A DNA stretch of 53,964 bases from Octopus bimaculoides (Eukaryota): positions 45,670,547 through 45,724,510 of the forward strand of contig NC_068984.1 of NCBI RefSeq assembly GCF_001194135.2, read 5' to 3'. Below the pieces are notes generated by a model. It did not search any database, was not told where the DNA came from, and saw nothing but the letters and a program-made list of their open reading frames with translations. The position numbers and the translations under genes were made by a program. Shown piece by piece: positions 37,060-50,619 of this stretch (the stretch's first letter is position 1; each line of letters opens with the position of its first letter).

Positions 37060-37519
37060 CCATCTGTTTAAATATCTATCTATGGAAATATCTATTTATC
37101 TAGCAATGAATAATTCTTCCCATTTATCTACCACTGCAATTATTCATGTCAATACGATAATTTGATCACTCTCTCCTTTCAGATTTTCTCACGAATCTTT
37201 AAATTCTTTACATCTTTCTATTGTTTTCATGTTCTCGAAAATGTAATGAGAGTTTTTTTTTTTCTGAATGACATCTGCTATAACCCCAATTTCCTATTAC
37301 TTTCAAATTCTCATTTAATCACTTGAGATCGTTAACGTCTCGCATTTGCACTATTTTCATATTCCGAATTAACAATAAAGTACACACACATAAACACAAA
37401 CTCACAAACACGTACAAACATACACACACACACACACACGCATTTTTTATTGTATGAGTTTTATCTGTATATTGTTAGAAGGCCTAAAGTACAAAAGAGG
37501 AAAAGACGTTACTACTACT

Positions 37520-37733
37520 ACTACTATATGCACAAGGCCTGGAATTTTTTTGGGAGAGGAGTTAAATCGATTACATCAACCCCAGTATTCAACTGGTACT
37601 TAATTTATCGGCACCCAAAAGATAAAAGGCAAAGTCGACCTCGGCGGAATTTGAACTCAGAACATTAAGACGGTCGAAATACTGCTAAGCATTTTGCCCA
37701 TCGTGCTAACGATTCTGCCAGTTCTCTGCCTTT
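37520..37733 (-). mobile_element. Full SINE A flanked on both sides by (TAC)n
   Basis: gcacaaggcctggaatt...gctaacgattctgccag; (tac)n at about 37510-37527 and 37734-37812. Confidence 0.85.
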
Positions 37734-39174
37734 ACTACTACTACTACTACTACTGCTGCTGCTGCTACTACAACTACTACTACAACTACTACTACAACTA
37801 CTACTACTACTAATAATAATAACAGTAATAATCAGAGATCATTTACATTTTAAGGCAATATGAGGAATATTAGATTCTAAGATTTAACAACATAAAGGCT
37901 CTGATTGGCATGGAGGGTAGAGGGCAACGGAGGAAAATCATAACCGCAGAGATGCGTCTTCTTACGTTCTGAGTTGAAAGATGGGTTTGCATTTCATCCT
38001 TCAAGAGTCGATATAATAAGTACCGGCGTCGATTTTAATTGACTGTATCCTATCCCCTAATTTTTGCTCTTGTGAGCAAACGTTAGAAATCAATATTAGG
38101 AAAAATAAAAATAAAATATAAAGAATATTTCCGGATGTCAGCAACGGCAGAGCTTCGGATCAAATTACTTGCGTTATTTCATTTTTACTTTATGTTGCAA
38201 ATTCGGAAAAAAAAAAAAAAAAAATTCAAGATTCTACCTTCTTTGATTTTGCTTTTCATCCTGCTGGTGTCGATAAAATGATTACAGATCAGTAGACCGA
38301 AAATCTGGTGAATCTTTTAAATGAAACACACACAAACACACCCACCCACACACATTGATGTCTTAAGAATTTTATAAACTTTCGAGAGAATGTTAGCTAA
38401 TTCTCTTTTTTCTTTTTAATAACTCGAAGCACATACATAAAACTATAAATAATCGCATGTAAATTTTGTGTTGAAAACCCTTTTGGATAGCAGTCGAGAG
38501 CTGCTNNNNNNNNNNNNNNNNNNNNNNNNNNNNNNNNNNNNNNNNNNNNNNNNNNNNNNNNNNNNNNNNNNNNNNNNNNNNNNNNNNNNNNNNNNNNNNN
38601 NNNNNNNNNNNNNNNNNNNNNNNNNNNNNNNNNNNNNNNNNNNNNNNNNNNNNNNNNNNNNNNNNNNNNNNNNNNNNNNNNNNNNNNNNNNNNNNNNNNN
38701 NNNNNNNNNNNNNNNNNNNNNNNNNNNNNNNNNNNNNNNNNNNNNNNNNNNNNNNNNNNNNNNNNNNNNNNNNNNNNNNNNNNNNNNNNNNNNNNNNNNN
38801 NNNNNNNNNNNNNNNNNNNNNNNNNNNNNNNNNNNNNNNNNNNNNNNNNNNNNNNNNNNNNNNNNNNNNNNNNNNNNNNNNNNNNNNNNNNNNNNNNNNN
38901 NNNNNNNNNNNNNNNNNNNNNNNNNNNNNNNNNNNNNNNNNNNNNNNNNNNNNNNNNNNNNNNNNNNNNNNNNNNNNNNNNNNNNNNNNNNNNNNNNNNN
39001 NNNNNNNNNNNNNNNNNNNNNNNNNNNNNNNNNNNNNNNNNNNNNNNNNNNNNNNNNNNNNNNNNNNNNNNNNNNNNNNNNNNNNNNNNNNNNNNNNNNN
39101 NNNNNNNNNNNNNNNNNNNNNNNNNNNNNNNNNNNNNNNNNNNNNNNNNNNNNNNNNNNNNNNNNNNNNNNNNN

Positions 39175-41470
39175 CATGCTTAGCAGTATTTCGTCTGTTT
39201 TTACATTCTGAGTTCAAATTCCGCCTTGGTCGACTTCGCCCTTCATCCTTTCGGAGTCGATTAAGTACCAGTTGCGTACTAAGGTTGATATAATCGACTG
39301 GCTCCCTCCTCCAAAATTTCAGGCCTTGTGCCTATAGTAGAAAGGATTATTTCGCTGATACTGTTGTTTTTTTTTTATCGATTCTAGAAATCTGAAAAGC
39401 GAAGTTGATCGAGACAGGGTTTGAACACATTTGAACACAGAACGTAAAAGAACGAAACTAAAATATCTACTCTCTATTGATTCTGCATCTACTGACCTCT
39501 GTGAATATTACTAGTTCTTTTTGATTTAGATACAATTGACTCTTTAACGATTTTGTCATCCAACGATCCAAGCAAACAATAACAATGGTTTCTGATTTGC
39601 GTACAAGACCAGTAATTTTGTGGGGAGGGTTAGACAACTCTATCGACCCCAGTACTTAACCGATGTTTTATTCTATCGACCTTAAAATGATGAAAAGCAA
39701 AGCTGACATAAAGAACCGGAAGAAATTCCACAAATTTGTGCTCTCGCGTGCCATCATTAAAAATCAATATTTATTAATTATGCTTTTCTTCTCTAGACAC
39801 AAAGCCTGAAATTTTGGGGGAGAGGGCCAGTCGATTAGATCAACCCCAGTATGCAACTGGTACTTAATTTATCGACCTCGAAACGATTAAAGGCAAAGTC
39901 GACCTCAGCGGAATTTGAACTCAGAACGTAAAGTCAGACGAAATACGGCTAAGCATTTCGCCCGACGTGCTAACGTTTCTGCCAGCTCACCGCCTTATAT
40001 TTATTAATTATTGAATGATATCGGTTGTCAGGACCGATAGAGTAACAGATTAAATTGTGTATGGTGTTTATTTATTTATTTTTTCGACAGTAACGATTCT
40101 GCCAGCTCACCGCCCTTTTATAGCTTCTTATGAAAGGAGTAGGAGTCGTCTATATTGTAGAACTCATTATTTGACTGGTACTTATTTTATTGACTCCATT
40201 AAGATGAAAAGCAAAGTTAACCTCCGCCGATTTTGAATTCTGGATGTAAAAAATCTGGTTAAATGCTGCAGTGCAGTTTTCTCGACGTTCTAACAATTCT
40301 GCCAATGTATCGTCTTTGTAAAAGAATAATAATGGTTCCAAATTTTGGCCCAAGGCCAGCGATTATGGAAGTGAGTAGGTTACATGGATCCCATCACTTA
40401 ACTGGTACTTTGTTTTATCTGCCAAACTAAGGATGAAAAGTCGTGGCGGGATTTGAAACCAAAACGTTAACAGATGGAAGAAATGTCGCTAAGCATTTTT
40501 ATCCGACGAGCGAACGATTCTGTTAGCTCACCGTTTTTTTCTAAATGATAATAATTATCTCAAATTTTGGCCACAAAAGCAGCTTGGGGAAGGTGGGGAT
40601 AAGTCGATTACATCGACCCAAGTGTTCAACTAGTACTTATTTTATTGACTCCGAAAGGCAAAGTCTACTTGGGCGGAATTTGAACTCAGAACATAGCGAC
40701 GGGTGAAACACCGCTAAGAAGTTCGTCCAGCGTGCTAACGATTCTGCCAGCTCGCTGCCTTTTTCTAAATGAGAATGATGATTTAAAATAAAAGCACAAA
40801 GCTACATGTTTTGAAGCGAAAATTGTGATGAAGGTGGAAGACAGTCGATTACATCAATCCCAGTATCATGACTGGTATTTTTTCTATTGGAGTTGACAGG
40901 CAGAAAGAAGGCAAAGGTGGAATTTGAACACAGAACGTAGAGACGTAACTAAATACAGAGTCTTTAATGATTCAGTGATCCAACGACCCCTAGCAAACAA
41001 TAATAATGACAACCACTGCTAAACAACAACAAGAATAACAACATCATAAAAAAACTACTAAGGCAACTGCAAGAACGGAACGAACAGCATTAATAAGGAA
41101 ATATTAATTAAAAAACGAAAATCAATATTATTAATAGAGATTTTAAAGGATTCTTTAATGAATAAAAATCAATGAATAAGAAAGACACTTGGAAAACTAC
41201 AAGAAACAAAGAATGGAATATGAACCGATATCTCAATTATGAAGGTAAAAAACTGAAATTTCTTCCAAGAAAAAACACTTTGAAATTCACAATGATATCT
41301 TTTCTATCGAATAATAATGATTTTTAATATATGACAGAAAGCTATAAATTTGATGGGAAGTTGTAATCAATTAACTTGTTCTCAGGACTTGAAAGATATT
41401 TATTTTATCGACGCCGGAAAGATGAAATGCTAGGTTGACCTCAACAGGATTTGAACGCAAAACGCAGGAG
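39175..41470. mobile_element. Dense cluster of about 10 SINE A copies and fragments (first +, the rest -)
   Basis: Recurrent atcgaccccagt/aaggcaaagtcgacc/gaatttgaactcagaac/gctaacgattctgccagctc; the copy at 39782-39996 has a 15-bp TSD atatttattaattat (39767-39781, 39997-40011). Confidence 0.88.
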
Positions 41471-41574
41471 AAGGGATTTACTATGCCTGGAAAAATCAAA
41501 TGTTTATTGCTGGAATGCTTTTTGATCCATCCGACGCTCTATAAAATCTGTCGCCTACTGTCATTGGGCAATAA

Positions 41575-41877
41575 GGTTTGTTGGCACTCCGTCGCTTACG
41601 ACGTCGAGGGTTCCAGTTGATCCGATCAACGGAACAGCCTGCTCGTGAAATTAACGTGCAAGTGGCTGAGCACTCCACAGACACGTGTACCCTTAACGTA
41701 GTTCTCGGGGATATTCAGCGTGACACAGTGTGACAAGGCTGACACTTTGAATTACAGGCACAACAGAAACAGGAAGTAAGAGTGAGAGAAAGTTGTGGTG
41801 AAAGAGTACAGCAGGGTTCACTACCATCCCCTGCCGGAGCCTCGTGGAGCTTTAGGTGTTTTCGCTCAATAAACACT
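41575..41877 (-). mobile_element. SINE C, 5' end lost in gap
   Basis: Near-identical reverse complement of about 11815-12122. Confidence 0.88.
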
Positions 41878-42899
41878 NNNNNNNNNNNNNNNNNNNNNNN
41901 NNNNNNNNNNNNNNNNNNNNNNNNNNNNNNNNNNNNNNNNNNNNNNNNNNNNNNNNNNNNNNNNNNNNNNNNNNNNNNNNNNNNNNNNNNNNNNNNNNNN
42001 NNNNNNNNNNNNNNNNNNNNNNNNNNNNNNNNNNNNNNNNNNNNNNNNNNNNNNNNNNNNNNNNNNNNNNNNNNNNNNNNNNNNNNNNNNNNNNNNNNNN
42101 NNNNNNNNNNNNNNNNNNNNNNNNNNNNNNNNNNNNNNNNNNNNNNNNNNNNATATATATATATATATAAATAAATTGATGCAATGTGTTCCCTGAGAAT
42201 TTGTTGTCAGTGAGCATCCACATGCATTTGGAACATCTATTGCAGGACTCCAAACAAACATAATGGTGAAACGAGCGTAGGAATTTAATATAAGCTTGAG
42301 TTTATCCTTATTTTTAATATATGTATATTTGTAATATAAATTTCTGGATACGCAGTCAGACATCACAATGAGACATCACAAGCAATCACACATCACAAGC
42401 AAACCACCATAGTTTCACGTGATCATTCTATTAAGCGATGAATTAGAGGGTTTTCTCGAACGTTCTTGAATTTGGCTTCCCCTATAAAAATCGTTAAACA
42501 CGCATTTTTTCAGCTAGATAGCCCAGGCAGATGACCCACGAAGACGAGCGCAAATCATGCAGCTCAGATAGACTTCAAAGAACCTCTGCCGTCATGAATA
42601 TGGCGCAACTGATTCCAGATATGTTGGGCAAATTGCATGTTGCCATACAAAAAGCTTTCTGTAATCTCAGAGTAGTATCTCTCTCCCAGTCTATAATAAT
42701 TGCCGATGTTAACTGTAAATGGCCAACGCTGTTTGCCTTAATGTGCGACAATAAATTATTTCGTTAAATGCTCGTGGGTATTCAGTTACTTCTTCACGCA
42801 GCCAAGAAACATTTTCATTCATTAACTCAACCAGTTACCAAAGCAGTATCGAAGAAACACTATAATATTACTCGTGACACACACACACACACACATTGT

Positions 42900-43293
42900 G
42901 GAATTACCTTCACTGTACTTCCAGTGACTTGATATATCAACCCAAGAATGAGGTGGGGGAGGGCAAAGTTGACCTCTGCGGGATTTCAACTTGAATGCAG
43001 AACGTAAAGAACCGTAATTCAATACTGCTAGAATCTAACGATTCTGCTATCATACCGTCCTTTTCTCTGGAATAATTATTTTTAATTTAGGCATTTGACT
43101 AATAATCTTATGAACAGGATTAGTCGCTTGTATCGACCGAAGTATTTGACTGGTACTTTATTATATCGAGCGCAAAAGAAAAAGAAGTCAGACTTTGACT
43201 TCGAGGTGAACTTTAATTCGGAACGCATAATTCGAACGTTAATCGGAAATACCGTAAAGCACTTTGACCAACGTTCTAACGAGTCTGCCAATC
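42900..43293 (-). mobile_element. Two tandem decayed SINE A copies
   Basis: aaagttgacctctgcgggatttcaacttgaa...taacgattctgc and tatcgaccgaagtatttgactggtact...taacgagtctgccaa. Confidence 0.7.
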
Positions 43294-45583
43294 TGCAGAT
43301 GTATCTGAATTGTAACATGTCATATGTTTTGACAACTGTACGAATCACGGTAGTGTGCTCTTAGAGAATTCAATGAACTATCCATGGCTATGTGATCTTG
43401 TCTTAAACTAAGTGCAGTATTACCAAGCACCACGGAGAAAGAGACGTAATTAAATTGGGGATAGTACTTCTGGCCAATGTTTCAATTGTCTATTCCCAAT
43501 ATATCGAGCTTTCTTCTTTTCTCAATCTCTTTATCTGAGTTGTTTCTTATTATATGGAAAAAGAATCTTATCGTTCACAGTGCAAATCGTGCATAATTAA
43601 TCTATTATGACAAAGTGTAGAAAGATACAAGTAAAAAAAGCTTCAGTGTGTCTTTAAGATCCAACGAATAATTCGTAATAAATTAAAAAAGGTCTACTCC
43701 ATGAGCACACATATACGCACTCACGCACGTACATACACACACACACACACACACGCGCGCGCGCATATAAACATCAAAGAAGGGTGAATTACTTTGTTAC
43801 CAGAATATATTGATTACAAAAATTATATGAGAGCATATCGTTGAGTCGATTGAATGGAAAACTCCAAAGGAAAGAGACTACAGTTCAAAGACACTTAATT
43901 CTCAAATAGGTCATTCTATATAACCGGAGAGTGTTATGGCAAAGGTGTGCAACTGAGCACAATAAATAATGGTAACGCTGTATAATCAACGATTGTTTCA
44001 AAATCTTGATATTAATTCCTGGAAGGTTTCTGAAGTGTGCCTACGGTCAAATTCGTTATAGTTTGTGTTACATGACTGTATTACCAGAAGAAGCTAAAAA
44101 CGACAGTTAATTCGATATAATTAATTATTTCTTCCCTCATAAATATCAATAGGTTCGATATAGGTACTATTGATCTTTGACGTGGATGTTGTAGTCGAAG
44201 AAAAGGGTGGGGTCATGATAGCCGGATCATTTGGGTGTGACCTGGGTTTAAACAACTGCAAGAACAACAACTGCAGCATTGTTATTGTCATTGTCATCAT
44301 CATCAACTTTACTCTATTGTTCACATTCATTGATATGTTTTTGACAAATAATTTTAGAACACAAAATTCCTTTATTTCCTTACAGCCCTGACGTATCAAA
44401 AATTGGATCTTTAAATTCTGTGGTACCACATTCTTAGTTAAACACACTTGTAATTTTTTTCCCTGGGGCTTTTGAAAACTCTAGTTATTACAGTTGTCGT
44501 ATGACTGCAGGCTAGCTCTGATCAAGCGGATTTATGATTAAAAGTATTTCATTTATGACCACCCTGCTTTTTCGTTTTCTGATTTAGTGTTCCCTTGGAC
44601 AACACACACATTATTCCATATCCAATATTTCCCTAAGACAGTATGGTGCAGTTTAAGCAAAACTGGACCATATAAATGCTCTCTTATAAAATCTGAAGGT
44701 GGAAATATTTTTCTGCGAGCTATTCTAAGTTAGAAGAGTCAAACATCCCGCCAAAACTCCATCAGCGTTCAATCGACTACGTATTTTCTACAAATTATCC
44801 TATATAATCGATATTTGATTATTACCAATTACTATGTTATTTATGTTATATTATCTTAAGCGTCATATTGGATATTGCTTCTTGGTGACGTACTATTGTT
44901 GTTGTTGTTGCTTTGATATCTTCAAAGTAGTCTTGGTNNNNNNNNNNNNNNNNNNNNNNNNNNNNNNNNNNNNNNNNNNNNNNNNNNNNNNNNNNNNNNN
45001 NNNNNNNNNNNNNNNNNNNNNNNNNNNNNNNNNNNNNNNNNNNNNNNNNNNNNNNNNNNNNNNNNNNNNNNNNNNNNNNNNNNNNNNNNNNNNNNNNNNN
45101 NNNNNNNNNNNNNNNNNNNNNNNNNNNNNNNNNNNNNNNNNNNNNNNNNNNNNNNNNNNNNNNNNNNNNNNNNNNNNNNNNNNNNNNNNNNNNNNNNNNN
45201 NNNNNNNNNNNNNNNNNNNNNNNNNNNNNNNNNNNNNNNNNNNNNNNNNNNNNNNNNNNNNNNNNNNNNNNNNNNNNNNNNNNNNNNNNNNNNNNNNNNN
45301 NNNNNNNNNNNNNNNNNNNNNNNNNNNNNNNNNNNNNNNNNNNNNNNNNNNNNNNNNNNNNNNNNNNNNNNNNNNNNNNNNNNNNNNNNNNNNNNNNNNN
45401 NNNNNNNNNNNNNNNNNNNNNNNNNNNNNNNNNNNNNNNNNNNNNNNNNNNNNNNNNNNNNNTATATATATATATATAAGCATATGTATATATACGCACA
45501 CACACACATGTATATGTATATATCGAGTGTGTGTGTTTGCGTCTGCGTATATGCAAGTATATTTCTGTATACACACACACACC

Positions 45584-45632
<49 letters not shown>

Positions 45633-46193
45633 CGATGTAGACATATGTACATAAATGTGTGAAAATGAGAAAACCAATTTGAAACATTATAAAGCCATCA
45701 ATACTCGAAACAATAAAACACCATCGCCAACGTCACCATCATCTTCATTATTAAAGTCCTTATGAGTTCGTCCGTTTTTCCTTCCCCTCCCCTGAGTCAT
45801 AACCTGCGTCATAATTATCACTATCGCAAATAATCACGATAATAACAACAAGGACAGTAACACTGCGACTACAAATTTCTAATTAATAAAAAAAAAAGAG
45901 CAATCATTTTAATGAATTGCATATGTAAGGATTCAATAAAAAAGTTTTAACGGAAAATAAAGCAAAAACAATAAAACATTGCGATATCAAGAAAATACGA
46001 ATCGAAAAGCAATGAGAAATTTATAGAAAAAAATGTCAGAGTTGGAATGGTCGTCGAGATATATTACTAACAGAAGAGTCGAGATTTCTTTTCTTATCGC
46101 CGTTGTACCGAAGTTTGATTGAAGGCAGATTTTGTCTGCGATTTTTAGTAGGTCGAGTGTTCATGTAAATTCTCCTTCATTGCATACAAACAC

Positions 46194-46235
<42 letters not shown>

Positions 46236-46799
46236 ATAACAGGCAAAATAAAAATTAAGATACATATAGTAACCATGGAAGATTCAGGAAACCTGAGATT
46301 ACAACCAACAATTCGAACATCCCGGTTGGACTAATATGCGTAAGAAATAACGAGGAAGAGATTTTAATCACTCAAGACATGAAACAAATAAAGGACATGG
46401 AATACACTCTTGCTTACAAAGAAACGACAAAACTCCCAGACATCCCTAGAGATGACAATGTTGTGAATTTTTCTGTTAAAAAGGAACATATACTACAAGC
46501 CCGGTCGAGACTTGGCGAAAGAAAGAATCTAAATAAATTTACGAAGTGTAGCGAGCCTGAAATTATAAATTCATGAAATGAATCTTTAAAAAAAATTGAA
46601 ATTAATTTTCTCTTCTTAGTTTTTCAGTTTATTTCTACACCTAGAAGCGGGTATTAAAAATTTAATTGCCCCATCTCCGTCTTTAGAATGTTTCGACAAT
46701 AGGAACGAAAAGAATGAGTATATTATCAGAAATATGTCCAATTTCAGCCATATAAAGAGAGCGGTAAACATTTCGACAGTATATTGATGTAATATTTAA

Positions 46800-47130
46800 A
46801 TTCTCAATGAACACTTGCAAATGTAAATAAACCTTCGTAAAGAAGAAAAAGAGGCTCTATAGACGGAATTTAGCACTAAAGTTATACTCTTAGTACCATA
46901 AGAGAAAACTTTAATTTTGACGGAAAACGTATAATCAGATAAAGAGAACAGGCATGGACACAATGTTGTCACCCTCGCATGCTAACCTAGTGATGGGGTT
47001 ATTTAGAAGAAAACCTATTCCACGAAGTAGAGTTGATACTTGGGCAAAGTTCTGAAAAGTACCCCATTGAGAACTGGAAATATTTCCTCGGTGGCTTCTC
47101 TATGTTTTGGGACAAATCAAATACTCCAAA
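46800..47130 (+). mobile_element. Decayed PLE RT fragment (second family)
   Basis: NFNFDGK..NQIKRTGMDTMLSPSHANLVMG / YLEENL...IENWKYFLGGFSMFW, matching QIKGTAMG..APSYANL.MGYLE...WKRYLDD with the catalytic DD destroyed. Confidence 0.65.
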
Positions 47131-47873
47131 ATTAAATGCATAAAAATTCTATAGAGACGCTAACAAGTTTTTAAAGAATGACTTTTACAGACGAGCTAGA
47201 CTAAGCCACCGCCGGATATTAATGATGTTGATATTACTACATTTGTTGTATCGTAAGAGAGCCATTACGCCAGTAATAATAACACACGTACAAAGTCATT
47301 TCCAATTCTTCAGTGTTAGTAAAATTGTTAAATAACTAACCAACTAACTAATCGATTGTTTGTTTAATGTGTTGGTTAAACAATAAATTGGTTGTTTGTT
47401 AGTCAAAACTCTTTCGTCGTTGTTCGCGAACTTTTCAATGACTTAATGACTTCTCATACACACACAAATGTATAGTGGAACATTCAAAAACCTATTTAAG
47501 TATTTTGAACAAAAATAATTCAACTGTTGAATGATTTCTCCAGACTAAAACCAACAATTTATTGAAATTGATAAACAGCTAAATATTTCGAGGCAAACTT
47601 GTCCTCAAAAAAACCGTCACAAAAATTATTTGCTTTTTGCAATGTTATTACCAGTTCGAATATGCCAGTGGCACGTTCGAACTCGTAAATAAGCCATTCA
47701 CTGTGTTCTGCCATGGAGAAAATTTCTCTCTGTAAACAAATGGTGTAAATACTCCTAAATCAGCTCGCAGTGCCACCTATCCAGACTGTGAGATGTAAGC
47801 ATTTCAGAGTGGTTATCTCCTCTTTAGTCATAGAAACCGGACGATGGTGCTGCGTGCTTAGCGCTCCCACCCC

Positions 47874-48085
47874 GTTATTACCACCGCCTTAGCAAAGGTG
47901 GAGGTATTGTTTCCAGTTGTGTTGATTGTTTGTCTGTGGAAAGATATCTCAGCAACCGCTGCATGGATTCGGATGAAATTTTCAGGGATGTTTGGCCTCC
48001 TAATTGGTACAAAGCGATTAGATTTTGGGATCGATCCGGTACCGGACACGGAATCTGGATTATTTTTCCTGCTTTTTTTCACATA
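47874..48085 (+). mobile_element. Non-autonomous Helentron-associated (DINE-1/HINE-like) element
   Basis: 5' TTATTACCACCGCCTTAGCAAAGGTGGAGGT hairpin, TGTTTGTCTGT tract, ATATCTCAGCAACC...GATGAAATTTTCAGG core, 3' GATCCGGTACCGGA hairpin region, T-rich end. Confidence 0.55.
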
Positions 48086-48388
48086 ATTTTTGAAAGTGGT
48101 CGGGTTCATTTTTAGTATTCTCGTTTGTGTGAGCAGTCGAGTTTATCTCAGATATTCTCATTTTAAAAATCATCTCTAGAAAATGGTTGAGAGGACATTG
48201 GTGTTGTGTCGAGTCATTTGATTCCCTGTTGCATTTTATGTGTGTTCGCTCCATGTGAGTCTTGTTATTGTTAAATTGTTGAAAGTCTACCGCACCTAAT
48301 TGTTGTATTAGTGAATTGTTAAATTTATTGTTACCTGGACTTGTATTTTTCTTCCCCATTTATGGGTGAAGTTGTAGATAATATCGTT

Positions 48389-49768
48389 ATGGAATGTCAA
48401 CCAGTTCCAGCAGTCAGTTACGCTGCAGTGACTGGTAAAAGTCTAACGGCGGATGTCTTGAAACTTAGAGAAGTTCAACTGAACGAAACGAATTTCAAGA
48501 AGTTCGATGAACTGTTGAGAAAGAAAGGAGACAGCCTGAGGCTGACGCCGCCAAAAGAAGTTATAGAAAAAACAGAGAGAAAGACAATAATATACAGAAC
48601 GCTGTCTATTACAACAAAAAGAGTGGAAATAGCTGTAGTAGAGGCGATCGAAGAATGCTTGAGAGAAATCAAAGATCTAACGAGGAAAGAAATACGGTAC
48701 AGTGGAGGTACGCTTTGCGAGTGAACAAGAAGCGATAAAACACTCCTCTGTGCTTTTGAGATCAACTGAGAGGGTGCTACTATGAACCTACTGTGGCAAA
48801 CGTGCGACCAGAGTGAGGATTGATAGGGTGCCCCCAGAAATTGACGAGGCGTGGCTGGTGGCAGCCATCCTCTATAATACAAAGGAGAACACCAAAATAC
48901 TGAAAATTACAAGAACTACGAAAGTGAACTATTGGGGATACGGACTTGAGGTGTCGGTTCATATCAGTTTACCAGACCATCACAAAATTGCAGAGGAATT
49001 GGTGTTGCTCGACGAGACGAGTTGTAGTGGAAGGAAGACCTCCCATATGCTATCAATGTGGAGTACGAGGACACATGAAAGCTAAATGTCCCCAGAAACA
49101 CGAAGAGGAAGAGATAGAGAAATAACATCGAGAAGAAGAGGGTTCAACCATAGAGGAGCAAAAATGGGAGAATAGTATACAGTGGTGATGAGGAAGAAAA
49201 GTAACACGGACTCACCACCAAAAACTCCTAGAAAGAAAAAAAGGGAAGTGGAGAGCAGACGCAGAGTGGAAAACAAGGAAAAGCGAAGGAGCAGAGAAAA
49301 AATGAAAGTCAACAAATGTAAGGGATAAAGTCGAGGAGCGAAAGTAGAGACCGTTACCAACATCTAGCAAGCAAGAGAAATTACAGAAGAAAAAGGAAAA
49401 TGAAGGAGAGATGATAGCAACAAAGGATGAGAGACATACAGAGATAGGAATACCAGCAGCAGTAGAAGAGATTGGTGAAGGAAAACAGAGAGTGACACCA
49501 AAAGGCAAAAATATAAGAGCTATGATACAATACATAAAAAAGTGTACAGCTAGAAAAAAAGATTTCGAATATGAAGAACGTAATTAGAATTAAATTGGCA
49601 CCCACAGAGTACAATGAAGGTGTTAAAGCTGTTCTGCCTGAAAGAGAAAGAGGAGAAAGGTTGAAGGAATTGTTTGGGGAAAAGATAGAAGTGACAATGG
49701 TACAGTTTCATTTCGATGAATTACCGCCGGTGGTGGAATTCGAAGATTTATTGGATTATATGGTGTAA
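48389..49768 (+). mobile_element. Frameshifted Tx1/L1-type ORF1 (gag-like) with CCHC zinc knuckle; no ORF2 follows
   Basis: N-terminal VSYAAVT; RIDRVPPEI; VVVEGRPPICYQCGVRGHMKAKCP (CX2CX4HX4C at 49048-49089); long E/K-rich C-terminal region. Confidence 0.75.
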
Positions 49769-50350
49769 ATAGTGACTTTCTGTTAATTTTTTTTTAAATA
49801 GAAAAAACGAAAATCAACATGATACTGCATGGGAGTGGGGTCCATGCAGCCATTTCATTTTTCATTTCTATATAACATCTCATTTTCATTCGTTTTATGC
49901 TTTGTCCCCACTGTGGTGCTGTGTCGGTCTTCGTAGTGCCCCCTGTGTGTTGCAGCCGTAGTGCCAAAATACAGAAACATTGGTGGAGGTTTGCGCTCTC
50001 TGAGTGCTCTTGTTTGCTTTTTTGTTTCATTCTTTAACAAACAGCCGATATGTCTTTACATTTACTGAAAGCAATAAGCAGCTGGCCCTTTTACATAAAG
50101 ATGTCACCCAAACTGCTTAAAAAAAAAACCTCCTTCCAAATGATATTTCCTTGTTTAAACATTTACTGCACACACATGCACATACGCATGCACGTATACA
50201 TAGATATAACGATAAAAAAGGGTCAAATATCTTAACCGGCCTCTCCCAAAACTTATCCTTTCTCCAACACCCAGACTCAAGTAAACAAATTTACTAAGAA
50301 CATTTGAATTCCTGACATTTATCAAAAGACAGCTGACATGTCTTTACATG

Positions 50351-50351
<1 letters not shown>

Positions 50352-50381
<30 letters not shown>

Positions 50382-50619
50382 TAGTTTTATTTTTATAACG
50401 TGCTTTCACTTCACTACCGAGCGCAGCTCTGTGCGCCTTGGGTATGTGCTGTGGTTTGCTGTGGTGCTCTTATGTTTACTGTATTGAAAGTGTTTTGCGT
50501 AGAATGTGTGGAGTACCCAGTAGTGCAATTTTCTGTATGTTATATATATTTGTAAGTCCTGGTATTTTTGTTATGTATTTGTCTGAATATTTTTTTATTA
50601 TACCTAAGGCACCTACTAT
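50352..50619 (-). mobile_element. 3' end of a second R4/Dong-clade LINE with (TAA)n tail; 5' part in gap
   Basis: IVGALGIIKKYSDKYITKIPGLTNIYNIQKIALLGTPHILRKTLSIQ*, about 95-nt 3' UTR, then (TAA)n. Confidence 0.85.

Noticed and set aside
47185-47225. cAGACGA-gct agacta agc after the second PLE fragment
   Set aside because: Core U4 and GAAA are both missing.
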